From Fimbriosthenelais zetlandica (lineage: Eukaryota): a DNA stretch of 64,000 bases. The stretch's first letter is position 1. Each line of letters opens with the position of its first letter. The stretch covers positions 20,398,001 to 20,462,000 of the forward strand of contig OZ365118.1 of the NCBI GenBank assembly GCA_977030845.1. Reading direction: 5' to 3'. This document shows, in pieces, positions 35,361 through 48,443 of this stretch. The position numbers and the translations under genes were made by a program. The notes under the pieces were generated by a model. That model did no database searches. It saw only the letters and a list, made by a program, of their open reading frames with translations, and was not told the DNA's origin.

Positions 35361-37846
35361 GTGAGTTGTACAGTTTTTCTCTTATTTTATATACAACATT
35401 GTCATATTATAATATGCTCTCTGTCTCTTTCTTTCTAATCTCTCATTTTGCTTTTTTTCAGTTCAACCTTGCCCTCAAAGACATCCCTGAAGTGTTTGCT
35501 GAGACTAAGAAAGTCTTCCCGGGCGCGTCTCTCTCTGTGTCTCAGTGTGTGTGTGTGGAGATGTCACTCCGCACACCTGAGAATGAAACCATGGTGTTAG
35601 AGACATGGAGCATCCACATGCAGGAGACGTGCGACCCGTCAGCCCGCGTGTCCTACACGGTGTATAACAGGATGGGTATCCTCATGAAGTCTCTAGTGTG
35701 TATCAGTAGAGCTACCCCTGCCTACCGCCTGTCACGGCGACAGGGTCCAGAGACCTTCATTATATGTTATAGACTTTATACTGGAGAAGCACAGAGTCAG
35801 AACCTGGGGGAGGGGTACCAGACCATTAAAGTAGGCGCGGTACCCACACCCCTGGGTACAGTGCATCTAGGATTAATGTACCGTACTAAACTGTTAATCT
35901 CCCCGCAGCCCAGCAGTCATGATCTGACCATTAATCTTAAAGACAATCACTTCACGTCAGAAGCGAATAATGGGCGGTGGCCCTCCACCCCAAAACCCTG
36001 CCACAACTTCTCACGAGATACAAAGTAAGTCTACAAGAAAATTAACTAAAGTTGAGAAATATAATATAGAAGTCAGAGGCCTAACTTTCATCAATGTTCT
36101 TGAAATTAACCCCAGCCTTAAATTTCTTTTAAGTTAAAGTGTATTGAGAGTACTATGTAGAATGTTATTCTATAATGTATTGTTTTTATAGGAATGTGGC
36201 TCATGAGGAGACGAGCAGCAATGAGTCAGAGTTCTGTACGACCACCTTCTTCACACAGACAGGAACAAGTCCTACAGATGCTGGAGGGGCCACCTCCCCC
36301 TACTCTAAAACACCCTCCCCCCGGAGCCCGCATAGAAAACCCCCCGAGGATCCTACCACCAACCACAGGTCTGTATGCCTGGTCCTCAAAATCATTCACA
36401 ACATAATGAACGACCTAATTCACGACGGATATCGCTACAATCATATAAACACTTGAGACAAAAGCTCTATAATCAAGACTTGAATTTCATAGAAATAATC
36501 TCATAAGAAATGATCTCATTAATTTCCTAAATAAGAGCTGATCTATTAAGGCTATATCTGTTATGTAACATCTATATTGTTAGTATAATCAAGACAATCA
36601 ATCTGTAGTATAATAAATGATCATTTTCCTCGTTTACAGCCCTGAGATCAATAATTTCCCATCATTACCTAAGCTGGGAGCGTTCGCTCAGCTACCTGAG
36701 ACGTGCCCACACCTGGACAACCTGTCTGACTATGATGACGTGCCCTTCCTGGCGCTCATAGAGCCCCAGAGCGACGCTCAGCAGCCTGGAGACACGTCCT
36801 CTACGTCCAAGGAGGAGGAGAGCGGCGTATCGGACGCGTCCATGGAGACCCAGGACCGCGTCAGTCTACGATCAACAGGCAGCGGGTCCGAGCAAAGTAC
36901 GTGCAGCCGAGCGTCCGCCCAGGAGGACTTTGTCATGGTGGAACTGGTTAGTAAACTATCATATACTTCTATAATCATCTACTAAATACATCCACAAAAA
37001 TACCCCATCTTCATAAAGGCTAGAGTCACTTAATGTTAATCATATGTCTACCACCGAGAATTTGGAATAGAGATTCCCTGCTTGAATTTTATTGTATGGA
37101 AATGATTATGGATGTTGATAGGACGAGGTTCTGCAACTTTATTCCATGCGCTTGGCAAGTATCATTTTCCGCAATATCAGTTTCATAAATTACTTCACAA
37201 ATTGATGATTTTGATAGTAGATTTACTACATTATGAATTTGAAGTAAGGTCTAGTTATAAATTTATATCACTGCACATAGCATGATTTTCCAACTTTGGG
37301 TGAACGATTTGGAAGCAACAGTTTTGAATCATTAGGAGTGGACAGACTCAAGTTTGGTATTTTATCAATTTGTTGGAGATGGAAGAGTCGTATTTCTAAC
37401 ACTAACACTCACACAGTTAAGAACTTGTTCACAACACCATTTCGCGCATTACACTAATATTGTTCTAGTCAATAAACCTAACAGTACTAAGTTCTTAAAC
37501 AAAATCCATGTATTACTCGAGAGTTGCTTACATAGAAATCATTGTTGAGATACCTATATAATTACAATAAGCTGTGTGTACTGTTGAGGGAGATGTTATG
37601 AAGCAATATAAGTGAACGATATATTTCTATGGTTTACAGAAGACGCCGTTCGCGGGTCAGGATGTGAACTCTGACCTGGGTCGGTTTTACCGGGACTGTC
37701 AGGGAGCGCCCGCTCTCTCCATGTTTAACCAGGACGCCAGCGTCGAGGACACACTGAACGCTATCACTGATCAACTGGCGCTGTTTGAAGCTTCATCTAA
37801 AGACTTTGATGACTTCGTGGAGTCTTTACCAGCCACAGAAAACTAA
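35208..37846 (+). CDS. ATG13: Autophagy-related protein 13, full CDS, 5 coding exons, 1407 nt, 468 aa
   Basis: Exons 35208-35360, 35462-36024, 36192-36368, 36640-36946, 37640-37846, phases consistent. HORMA domain (QDKKDLDKF...IVQSRLGEK...GSDWFNLA...TPAYRLSRRQG), LIR DFVMV (FVMV 36929-36940) and C-terminal DLGRFYRD...FDDFVESL match recalled metazoan ATG13 motifs. Confidence 0.96.
35462..36024 (+). CDS. ATG13: ATG13 coding exon 2 (rest of HORMA domain)
   Basis: FNLALKDIPEV...MYRTKLL...; donor AA|GTAAGT, phase 2. Confidence 0.95.
36192..36368 (+). CDS. ATG13: ATG13 coding exon 3 (Ser/Thr/Pro-rich linker)
   Basis: Acceptor TTTTATAG, open frame, donor AG|GTCTGT; phase 2 to phase 2. Confidence 0.85.
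36640..36946 (+). CDS. ATG13: ATG13 coding exon 4 (ends in LIR motif)
   Basis: ...LGAFA...DVPFLAL...QEDFVMVEL; donor CTG|GTTAGT. Confidence 0.92.
37640..37846 (+). CDS. ATG13: ATG13 coding exon 5 (terminal)
   Basis: KTPFAGQDVNSDLGRFYRDCQGAP...FDDFVESLPATEN*. Confidence 0.94.
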   Translation, partial: KTPFAGQDVNSDLGRFYRDCQGAPALSMFNQDASVEDTLNAITDQLALFEASSKDFDDFVESLPATEN

Positions 37847-39312
37847 ACCACACAGAGGAGGAGGACTAGAGGGAGATGGGTGATCGAAACTAAGTCATGT
37901 AGAGGGGATTATAGCAAGGGGGAGGGGGTCCAGAGATTAAGCCAAATACTGTAGAAAGATGTAGAATGAAAGTGTGATTTGTGAGATTGGAAATAATAGG
38001 AATACGTGAGGGATCTGAATAGTGCCTCCGAAAGATGATAAAGTCGGAAACGGACTTGGAGGGGAAAAGGGTAGCATTGCTGAGACAGGGAAATTAATAT
38101 AGTCACCCTTACATCCCAGTACATATATATATACATATATATCAGTGAGAATGTTGATGCTCCTCTCATAGAGACAATCAATGTACAGACCCCACTCACA
38201 CCCTAAAACAATGGTTCACTTCCCATTCAGAACGAAACTGAAGGCACGGCAAATGTTTTGGCCTTTATTAGGTACTTTAATTCAAATGTATACGAAGCAT
38301 ATTTGAAGAGCATGTATGGAGTAATATTATACCACAAGCAGTCTTTGTGTCACACAGTTTCTAGTGATCTGTACAGTTTGTGATCGTGGCTGCTTAGATT
38401 CGGCTTCCAGAAGCTATTGTCCATATTGTCTTATAAATTACAACATGTAAGGTCGAACAGAAAGTATTAGGCCAAGGGAAATGGTACGTTTCCTGGGACA
38501 TAGCTGAGTAAACACTAAATGACTATTATTATTACATTCGTTAGTATTTATACAAGCACAGAATTTTATAAGTTATAGATTTTATGAAGATTTTGTGGAA
38601 AAATTCTATGATGTATTGTAGGAGTTTACAGAATGAATTTAGTAATGGTTGCTGGAAACAGAGCGATCTGCTTGGCCTAAAACTTGGTCCATTTTATTAG
38701 TAACATCTGTCCACAGGTAGTGAGTGGCATGATAGAAGGTTCCTACCCCAGCGGTCAGACATGGGAGGAATCAGTGTTGCTCAATATCTACAACAAGTTT
38801 CTTTCTCTTTAGCCAAGTAATCACCGTGCCTTTAGTGTAGACATTTACAGGCAAATCAGTTCTTGCAAACACTGGAGAAATGTACGCGTTTACAAGGCAT
38901 AGCATACTGTGATTCATTTATAGTTACTTAACCCATGTGTACAGCTACCCTCATTGTAAATCCTGCTTTCTTTAATCCCAAGTAAATGTTCCTAATAATT
39001 GAACTGGGAATTTTCTCATCATAATATTTCCCGCTAATTTGGTACATATCAAGAATGCTATTATTACCTACATGTATGTATTAATGTTAAAATATTAAAC
39101 TCACCTTCCTTTGCCATCCTTTAAGAGCACAACCTGATGCATACCCCTTACACGTAGAACATATTCAGGTATTTATATCATTTTCCAGACAGTGGACGGT
39201 ATTCAGTCCCTCCTATTAGAGTGGGGCTGCGCCACCATTTTAATTTATTGGTTGTATCTTTCTATGCGAAAAAACTTGCATTGAACTTGTACATATGCTT
39301 TATCGTAATCAG

Positions 39313-39318
39313 AATAAA
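39313..39318 (+). other. Candidate ATG13 polyadenylation signal AATAAA
   Basis: First AATAAA I found after the ATG13 stop, about 1.47 kb downstream; position is inferred, not transcript-verified. Confidence 0.4.
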
Positions 39319-39386
39319 ATGTCTCTGTATAAAGCTGAATATTGTCAGAATATTCTACTGCGTCTATAGTATATTTCAAGTCAAAG

Positions 39387-39800
39387 AACGCTCAACCTAT
39401 ATGACTTTAAACTGAGACAACGCTCAACCTATATGACTTTAAACTCAGACAACGCTCAACCTATATGACTTTAAACTGAGACAACGCTCAACCTATATGA
39501 CTTTAAACTCAGACAACGCTCAACCTATATGACTTTAAACTCAGACAACGCTCAACCTATATGACTTTAAACTCAGACAACGCTCAACCTATATGACTTT
39601 AAACTCAGACAACGCTCAACCTATATGACTTTAAACTCAGACAACGCTCAACCTATATGACTTTAAACTCAGACAACGCTCAACCTATATGACTTTAAAC
39701 TCAGACAACGCTCAACCTATATGACTTTAAACTCAGACAACGCTCAACCTATATGACTTTAAACTCAGACAACGCTCAACCTATATGACTTTCAACTGAG
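39387..39800. repeat. 32-bp minisatellite, about 13 near-identical copies
   Basis: Unit AACGCTCAACCTATATGACTTTAAACT(C/G)AGAC, head-to-tail with no spacers. Confidence 0.98.
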
Positions 39801-39813
39801 GGTGGTTGAGGGT

Positions 39814-39885
39814 GGCCGCAACTACGCCAGAGCTAGAGTGCCTGACTCTGGATCTCAAGGTTCACGGTTCGTTCCCCGTTTGCTG
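39814..39885 (+). mobile_element. Degenerate tRNA-derived SINE head or tRNA pseudogene
   Basis: GGCCGC start, GCCTGACTCTGGATC anticodon-arm-like segment and B-box-like GGTTCGTTCCC (39866-39876), with tRNA-Arg-like spacing. The A box and stems are degraded, so it is not a functional tRNA. Confidence 0.4.
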
Positions 39886-41239
39886 CCTGTGGCATTTCTA
39901 TTACCCATGATTCCTTATTACCCATGATTCTAGACGCCAACTGGCTTGCTTTTGCTTTTACTAGAAAACTCAAACGTAGTTTGTACCAAGCTGAAAGACA
40001 AGACCAAGATAAATACAATATCTCAGAAAGCCTAGCTTTACATTGCAATACCGCACCATTGTCTTGCAGTTTAGCCAAAGAAATCAAATTTGAAAGTAAT
40101 GAATCTCCGTGGAATATCTTAGTAAAGTAAGTTATAAACAAGATAAACAACCGCAATATGTTAATTGAATTTATTTACAAGAAATCCTGAATGAATTTTG
40201 TACATGCAGAAGCAATGACAACTTGGAATGATTTCCAACAGGACAACGATATAAAAACCTCAAAACACATATACACACATGAATATCAATGGTTTAACAA
40301 TTAGTAAAGGTAAGCAACTCTTAAATAACCTGATTGTTCACAGACCGCTGGGTGCTAGCTAATCCAGGTGGGCTATCTTTGAACGCAGGTGGCGAACAGT
40401 TCAAATATTTAACACCTTATTCTTATCCGATACTTTTGGCAAATCACTAAATTGATAATTCACAGAAATTTGTCACAGATTGAAATGCATTAATAATGAA
40501 TATTGAACAATGAAAACGTAATAAAAATACACACATTTGATTTTGTACATGCTCTCAATTTTCTCACCTTTACAATGTGATTGTCGTTTAAAACTTTTGT
40601 TTAAGACTTGAGTTGCCAAAGATATTTAGTTTAGAAACAGTAGTAGATTATGAGTGAGAGGGAAAGAGTAAACAGTCATCCTGGTACACATGGGAAGCAT
40701 AACCGGACGATAAAACAAACCCTTTACTGAGGAGGGAAATCCTGATTATCCCAATAAGTACAACCAACAGATTTGTGCAATAAATCTACACAAGATTAAG
40801 GAAACTTATCCCTTGAAAAGAGTGATTTATTGTGTATTTCTAAATACTATAATATAAGGTGTTAACAAAGTGTTCAACAAATATTCTAATCTACAAATAT
40901 AAATTGTAAAGTAATGGTTAGAATCACAAACATGGAACAAAAAGGAGAGTGAGTGGAGGTGGTTGTGGGATGTTTGGGATGAGTCTGGCTTCATGTTTTT
41001 TTTGACAGGGTGTTTTAATTTAACTGGGCATTGCTAGCCTAATACATGATTACAATGAAAGCATCCGTGGGTCTCTCAGAAGACTGAGAAATACTAGAAT
41101 CGGTGGATTAATATAGTGACTGCCCCACTAGCAGCAATATCAGACAGCTTTTGGCGATGGGTTTACACTTGTTATTTATATTGCTGGACATACAAATATC
41201 AAATACAACGATTAGTCAGTGAGAGAAAAGCAGACAAAC

Positions 41240-41456
41240 AGTCACTCTTTCTCCCTCCAAATCACCATTCATTCATTCTCTCTCTCCCATCTCTCTCACT
41301 CAGCTCTCCCTCCTCCAATCACTGCTATCTCAGTCTCTCCATTTTGCTCTTTCACACTCAGTCTCTATCTCTCACTCACTCACTCTCATTGTCTCTCTCT
41401 CATTCACTCACTCAATCTCTCTTTGTCTCTCTCTCATTCACTCACTCACTCTCCCT
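41240..41456. repeat. CT/TCAC low-complexity tract
   Basis: Degenerate (CT)n and (TCAC)n. Confidence 0.8.
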
Positions 41457-44400
41457 TTAGAGTACATGTACATCAATCGTATCTGTTGTTGAGATCATTG
41501 TCCAAATTAGTGAGCAAATAACTTGATCACTTAATAGTGATCTATAAACCATGGCTCCATAGAAATGAAGAGGAAAACAATCCACATCATGAACCTTCGT
41601 GTGTTAAACAGAATAAATTATATTATTATACAGGGATTTGTCTATATATTAGGTGATTAATGCAGGCTCTCTAATTCCCCACACGTTCTCCAGCCATTCA
41701 CGTGGAATGGTAGGAATGAGAGCCGTGTATGTGTGATAGATCTATGTGCTCATGGTGAGTGTGAATGTAAGCCTTGGCCAGCTACTTATTCATTCTGACT
41801 ATAATTTTGTGCAAACCTGAGCCAGTGTGTGAGCTTTCTAATCATCAATCATTTTGAAAAATAGTCACTCAATAAATGGATATAATATCATATGATCACG
41901 TGTTTACATTTTGCACGGTAACTCATTCACGGGACATGTACTCTCACAAGCCTACAAACTACCACATTATCAGAAGTATTTATATTCTATTTACTTAATA
42001 TAGAGTTAGTTAGCAGGGGAAATTCTTGTGCAAACCACAGCCTTGCACTGAAAAGTGTGCCTGCAAAATCTCGAAAATATAGAGCGCAGTATGTATACGG
42101 TTAATGTGGCTTAAGCCTAGGAAAATAGAGAAGATGCAGTGTTGACACATCCAGGAGCAAGCTGGAAGGACAAAGTGAGAGAAAGAGGAGGAATGACCAC
42201 AAAAGATTGAAGCCACTGTGACTAAAGTTACACAACCTGCGAGAAAACAGCCGATCATTGGAGTCACCAGGTCTTCTCTGTCTTATAGTTTGAGAGAAAT
42301 ATTAACTACTGCTAGGTAACCTTCCCGATACAACTAACATCTGTCATGGGATTATATCATCAAATTTTATAAATAAAAATCTGTTAAAATATAGGAAAGA
42401 TCCATCTTTTCTATACACTTTAATCCTACACAAGACCAACTGGTGATAAATGGGGACTATTGACTGGTTATAGAGATTACCATCTAGTAACATATCATCA
42501 TCTTGACTGATGGCCGGAGAAACGCAGGATATAGGCAAATCACCTGAGAAAACCAGAACTAACGTGTCTCAACTTTCATCACTTAACTCGAAAATGTATT
42601 GTCCATTCGTGCTTTGAGGTATGTTAGGTTAGGGATACAGGGGTTGAGAGGGATGTAGTAGTGTTTGACAGTGCTATAGGTGTAGGTGTGATACAGAGAG
42701 TAGGAGACTACTAGACTTCTAAGGCTATAAACCTCACTAGACGAGATATCTTCATTTATAATTACATCCATTATTCATTTATAAAACGTATATATTTCTC
42801 TGAAGAAAACATGTAGGAAATTCTAATACATATCATTTTTCATTTTTAAAAATCTATCCCAACGAAAGCCTTAGATACTTTGCCAATACTTATAGACAAT
42901 TATTCAGACACAGAACTTTTTCTTCATTTTAACAGAACTTTTAGCAATTTAGAAATAGGTAAAAATGGATGAAAAAGAGCACAATGAGAATATAATGCCC
43001 CTATACAGTATGTACATGACGGCCTTGGCGTTTTCGTACCTCGTGATAATTGCATAAGACATGGAAGTATGTTTAAAAGTGGATCATGTATTATTGGAAA
43101 CGCTGGTTCCTCGCAACTGACGGGTGCTAACTATCGCACACACTCTGTGAACGAGAAACGGCTACAAACAGGAAAGATGGATTAGAAATGGATAAAATTT
43201 TAAGATGAGAAATTTGTTGCAAAGACTATCATCTTCCTCTAGACCACTAGGTTTGATACCATCTATATATAATATATGAAGAGATGTAAAAGACCTACGG
43301 AGTGCAAGTAACGAGCGTAAAGCTAATTTATTGGGGAGAAAATGACAGTTTTTAAGAGTGAAATATATAGTAAAACCCACTGTAAGAAATAGGTTCCCCG
43401 CTTCTTCAAATCGAGGGTAAAGGGTGGAAGCTATTTTCCTTGCATTAGTATTTTTGCAATACACACAGGTTCCTCGCCTTTAGTTCGTGTACACACAGAT
43501 ATTTCACCTTCAGTTCTGTACACACACTTTGATAATGAGAGGAGGAGAATGCTTGTTATGATAATTACTGTGCTCTCAATGCCAAACATTATGTTTATAG
43601 AAATCTAGAATATGACATCATCTACATGGAATAGTCCATGACACTGCGACTAAATGCATGACATTACTCAGCAATATAAAGAAATTATTTTTAAGAAAGA
43701 TTTGAATGACTCTGTATCAAGACGAACACCATGTGTGCATTATAGGTAAATAATGAACGACTGAGCGGTGAGAATTGAGTATTCCTCTCATAGTGTACAG
43801 AATACCACATGATTGTTTGATTATAACTTTAACGTCCAGTTATCTCGGCCCTGTCAGGACGATATACCTTATCATCAATCATATCCATTTACATTTCAAG
43901 TTTAACTCCTAGACAAATTAATTTTTCAAATAGTATTAATGATATTTACACCGTGTTTGCAATACGAACCATTATTATTTCCTAGAATTTCCTTATTTCC
44001 CTATAATTTCGTGAATAAAACCTCTGTGTTTTCAGTACAATACATGCTTTAATATTCAACTACTTCATTCAGTAAGTTCCGTTCGGGTAGAGTGTTCTTT
44101 TCAGTGCTGGGTGAAATGTCAAGAATAATTTGATTACAATTCTGGATTTCAGTGACTGCCTCAACTGTTTAGAATACAAGGGGACTGTATGTACATATAA
44201 TATAGTGTTAACTACCCAGCAATCTTAGATTATTACAGGTTAGAAACGCTCACTTTTTCATTAATCTGCTTTCATACTAAAGCCTTATCACAAGCAAATT
44301 CTCCTATATTGTTAGCCACGCCATTTAAGCCCCGTCTACGTCTCACCCATTCTCAGCCTACCGTATCATTGCTTTTAATTTTTTTTTGTCACCCAACACT

Positions 44401-45791
44401 TTTGGGAACCATTGAGGGAATTTCAAATGACAAAATATAATTCCTAAATGGTATTATTGCACATAAAACACCTTTTGTAAGAGGGACCTTTCAGTGAGGC
44501 CTGTCTTTTACAGCTGTATTTTCAACAGGCATTAAGTTCTTATATTTGTGATTTTTGGCCAAAAAAATGTCAACAGATAAATCCCTGAAGGAATTTATTC
44601 GCAACAAGTGTGGATTAATATATTCTATTAGAGATATTTAGGACTAAATTGTCTACATATAAATCACCTATAACAACAGAGCCTTAGACAGGCAAAAAAT
44701 GATTAACATAATATAGGATTAGGAGAGGTCTAAGGGGATAAATCAAACCCCTAACTATGAGGGGAAATATCATACATACACAAGTTATAATACCAGCACA
44801 TTCATTAACTATCCTTTAATTTGGTCACCCTCACAAATCAATGACAACACAAAGTTACCCCTCGGGAAGTGAGTCAATCTCTGGAACCTAGTGCAAGTAG
44901 TGACTACCGGTACATTTCACTTTGTTTGGCAAGATTGTTTTGGTATCAATGCCCAGCCCCCGAAGCCCCTAGCCCCCAAATAAATAGAGTGCCTCCGACT
45001 GGTGAGAATTCACGTACTGTTGTTATTTTGAGTTGTGTTAGAACACAACAGTGAGTTGTACGGTAAGTCCCTGGTTGAGGAGATGGAGGGTTTGGGTTGA
45101 CATTTGCCTCTCGTCTGATTATACACCTGGGGATATACATCATGATGGTAAGGTACCTGTATAGAGCTCACAAACTCACCACTCACTCCACATCTTACTG
45201 AGAGCTGCTCAGCTGGGAGCAGTTAGAGACTAGAGCGAGCAGGTCACTCCACTCCGGCTAACAGGGGCGGGGGGCGGGGGGGGGGCTGCTATTGTTAATC
45301 ATATCATTAACTAGAGGAGGACGGTAATCCATGTACTGCCCTGTACCGAGGGGCAAGTATAACAAAAGTAAATACATTCACACAATATAAAACAACAGTG
45401 ACCGTAAACACATACTCAACCTGGTAAGACAATTTGAGACCTTATCAACCAAAGAAAAAAAAGCTTATTTTTCGTTACATTGGACAATTCCTCCCCACTG
45501 TCGAGCTCTATGTAGATATAGTATTTCTTCTATGTGCAAAAAGACTGTCAAAAAATACACAGAAAATGCAAAAAAAAACATGCTTTGTATCACACACGTT
45601 AGCTATCTCGCGCCGTGGTTTGATATTGAGACCCAAAATATTACAACCATGATACCAAAGTCCCCCCCTACCCCCGCCTTCCCCCCACCATCACCCCAAA
45701 CATTCAAATCCTTATATCATATATGAGTATCAACACAAATGATGCTGTAACATTTACCATCTACCTGAAGGAAAATAGTATGAACCCTTAT

Positions 45792-45878
45792 TATACAGTT
45801 GTCACCCATGTTATCAGGGATATACAGTTGTCACCCATGTTATCAGGGATATACAGTTGTCACCCATGTTATCAGGGA
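45792..45878. repeat. 29-bp unit, 3 perfect tandem copies, in presumed PGAP2 3'UTR
   Basis: TATACAGTTGTCACCCATGTTATCAGGGA at 45792, 45821 and 45850. Confidence 0.97.
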
Positions 45879-46037
45879 TCTGTTCGGGGTCTACCTACGA
45901 AGGGGGAAGTACTACTATCTCCTGAAAAAACCAAACGACGTACGACGTGCACATTGACGTAGAGAGAGGGAATGATAAGTAAACCGTAATCCTTGATGTG
46001 TATGGAGGAGGTGGATGATGTGGTGAGATGGTGATGA

Positions 46038-46174
46038 TTATTGGATCTTCTTGTGAGGGCTGGAGGGCACGCCGATATACCAGTAACGACCACGGAAGTC
46101 GGTGGCCGCCGTGTAGTGGAAGCCGATGTTAGTGATGGCTATACCGTACTCACACGCTGAGAAGAAGCTAAAGG
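46038..46174 (-). CDS. PGAP2: PGAP2-like terminal coding exon
   Basis: AFSFFSACEYGIAITNIGFHYTAATDFRGRYWYIGVPSSPHKKIQ*. Confidence 0.92.
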
Positions 46175-47600
46175 CTGAGACAGAACGGAGAACAGACCGT
46201 TAATTCTTATATTCTAATCAAACAAACGTCAGGGACCATCTTAAAAGTTCGCAGATTTAATTCCTGTAAAACAGAAGGTGGTGGTCCGAGGTCCACTTTA
46301 ATTTGTGGAACAACTGCATGGATATCGGTTACCATGATTTCAGCCACTTTTTTCACACTTCAATTTAGGAGATGGGGTTGTGGTCTGGTTCCAAATTAAA
46401 GGACTTCAATTTAGAAAAAATTGCGAACTTTTGTGATGGCCCATAACGCTCAACTTCAAGTAATAATAAAACATTTATAACTCATTGAACTAGATGAATA
46501 AATAATTTACTAATAGTCATCAAGATTTAACTCTTATTGAAACACTAGAATTGATGAACAAATTTAACACAAAATGGGAGGACAACTTGTTGTGAGTAGT
46601 TTCCACGGTTATAATGAAGGCATGGAGTGAGTATAAGGCGGTATAGTTACCTCCCGGTTCACAGTAGAGCCGATGTCTGAGGAAGAAGTAGAGCAGACCC
46701 GCTGTAAAGAACATGATTGTCACGAAGTAGATCCTCTTCCACTTATACGACCAGATCTCCTGAAAACAAAAACAAATTAAATCAGTCCACTGTCCATGGA
46801 AGGAACATAGAATGTACGCAGCAATATTTTAGTGTAAATACTTCACTATATTGAGCAGTTTTCTTTCATTCATCAGACAACCACATGATGTGGGGAAATA
46901 TTTTTCAGCTGGTCAAGCCTAATAATTAATAATTAATTAAGAAGACACATGTTGAGGTGATTGTGATTTGATGAAGACATGTATAATGTTATACTCACAT
47001 CTTGAGACATGGGATCAGGATGGGTCCAGCGGAACAATACTATAGTAACTAGTTCATAAACCAATGAGGTAATCATGAAGACAATGAAGATCTTCTCATG
47101 GAGAGCTGCAACACCAAAATACATCACATTACTAATCAGTCATAGATCAGATAATTAATCAAAATCATAGATTATCTCAGAATATTAATCAAGACTTACA
47201 AAATAACCTACAAAAATATTTCAGAAAAGAAAAATATGCCATAAAAACTCAACGGACGACCGATAAATCTATTACATGAGAATATTCAAGTTAAGACAAA
47301 CAAAATTGATTTAAATTGAAGTCGACTATACTTACGGTAGTTCTCCACATTGGCTATATAACTGACGCCCACTAGACAAGCATTTTCTATGGTGTACACC
47401 CAGAAGTTGATTCTGACTAAGCGTTTAAAGAGTGCCTTTTGTTCCTCAGCAATGATGGGTAGTCGCTCCATATAGTAGTTATAATAAACATAGCCGAGAG
47501 CGAAGCGAGGGGTGCAGTGCAGGGCTATACAGATCCTCCATACGTACCTCTGAGGGGTCACCCCAGTAATGGCACTTATGGAGGGAATTACATTCTTAAC
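46038..47600 (-). CDS. PGAP2: PGAP2 / Frag1-DRAM-Sfk1 family membrane protein, last four coding exons (5'-partial)
   Basis: Exons 47600-47336, 47105-46999, 46759-46651, 46174-46038 (phases 0/1/0/1). Motifs PSISAITGVTPQRYVWRICIALHCTPRF, IEN...V..Y...ENYPLHEKIFIVF, RHRLYCEPG, FSACEYGIAITNIGFHYT; stop TAA at 46040-46038. Confidence 0.92.
46232..46443. mobile_element. About 212-bp MITE, PIF/Harbinger(Tourist)-like, in the last PGAP2 intron
   Basis: Imperfect 22-bp TIRs: left GGGACCATCTTAAAAGTTCGCA, right (reverse complement) TGGGCCATCACAAAAGTTCGCA, 18/22 identical. Flanks TCA / TAA fit a mutated 3-bp TNA TSD. Confidence 0.6.
46651..46759 (-). CDS. PGAP2: PGAP2-like exon (SYKWK...RHRLYCEPG)
   Basis: Acceptor TTTTCAG; donor G|GTAACT. 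Confidence 0.92.
46999..47105 (-). CDS. PGAP2: PGAP2-like exon (LHEKIFIVF)
   Basis: Acceptor TTGCAG; donor GAT|GTGAGT. Confidence 0.92.
47336..47600 (-). CDS. PGAP2: PGAP2-like exon (PSIS...PQRY...WR)
   Basis: Acceptor TTTGCAG (plus 47601-47603 CTG); donor C|GTAAGT. Confidence 0.94.
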
Positions 47601-48362
47601 CTGCAAAGAAAAAACAAGATCAGTCAATCATGTTTAATGGTCCAATGATGAAGTCATCTTATTAAAGATATGGAGACGTAAAGGTAGGATAAATGAAGAG
47701 CAGTCAATAGTATCCAATGGTCATATCATGGAACAACAAGACCAATCAAGAGCAGTCAATGATATTCAAGGGTCAAATGATGGAGACACAGTCATCTTAA
47801 GACGCACTGTGTGGTTGCATAATCCCAGGGCAATACTGAATATTGATTTACACGTGAAAGGTTTGCAGAATCTGGAGAGACTAGAATACATTATGCTCGC
47901 CAGATTCTGCTAGCAGCTTGCTTGAAAACAGAATCGTGAGGGTCGTGGAAGAATGCAAGGCCTGTTATCAAGACAATATCTGGCATTTTTCGCAATTTCC
48001 CAGACATAAAAAAAGGATTAAATATCTTGATTTCTGCAAAATCACACACTTTGAAGGGAGGAGAAGGATTTGAATGGAGGGGGACTGGGAGCGGGTGATG
48101 ATCTTTTTAACAGTGTGTAATGTTTTTATAAGAATCAGAATCAGGCAGTGAGAACCAGTAGTCGCTCAATGGGATCAGAATGATGGCGACAGGCGAAGCC
48201 AGGCACTGCATCATTCACAGGCGAGTACCATAAATCAAATGTTTTAAATCTAAATGTCACATCAGATATTTGTCATGGGGGAGAGTGGGGGAGAGAGAGG
48301 AGAGAATGGCAGTTTGTGGGATCGTATCAACCCTAGTCAAGATCAAAGTCATTTACAACAGA

Positions 48363-48443
48363 TTGAAATGAACTAAAAACAGCTTGAAATGAACTAAAAA
48401 CAGCTTGAAATGCACTAAAAAAACCAGCTTAAATGCACTAAAG
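48363..48443. repeat. About 21-bp tandem repeat (GCTTGAAATGAACTAAAAACA), 3-4 copies
   Basis: Directly visible, degenerating 3'. Confidence 0.85.

Noticed and set aside
39387-39800. 32-bp repeats as a CRISPR array
   Set aside because: Units are head-to-tail with no spacers, no cas genes are present, and the context is eukaryotic. The same applies to the 29-bp and 23-bp arrays.
42010-42543. Minus-strand ORFs with plausible acceptors (42237, 42544) as an extra gene or PGAP2 exons
   Set aside because: PGAP2 already ends at 46038. All frames of the 42543 segment hit stops before a good donor, and no family motif is recognisable. A non-coding spliced transcript cannot be excluded.
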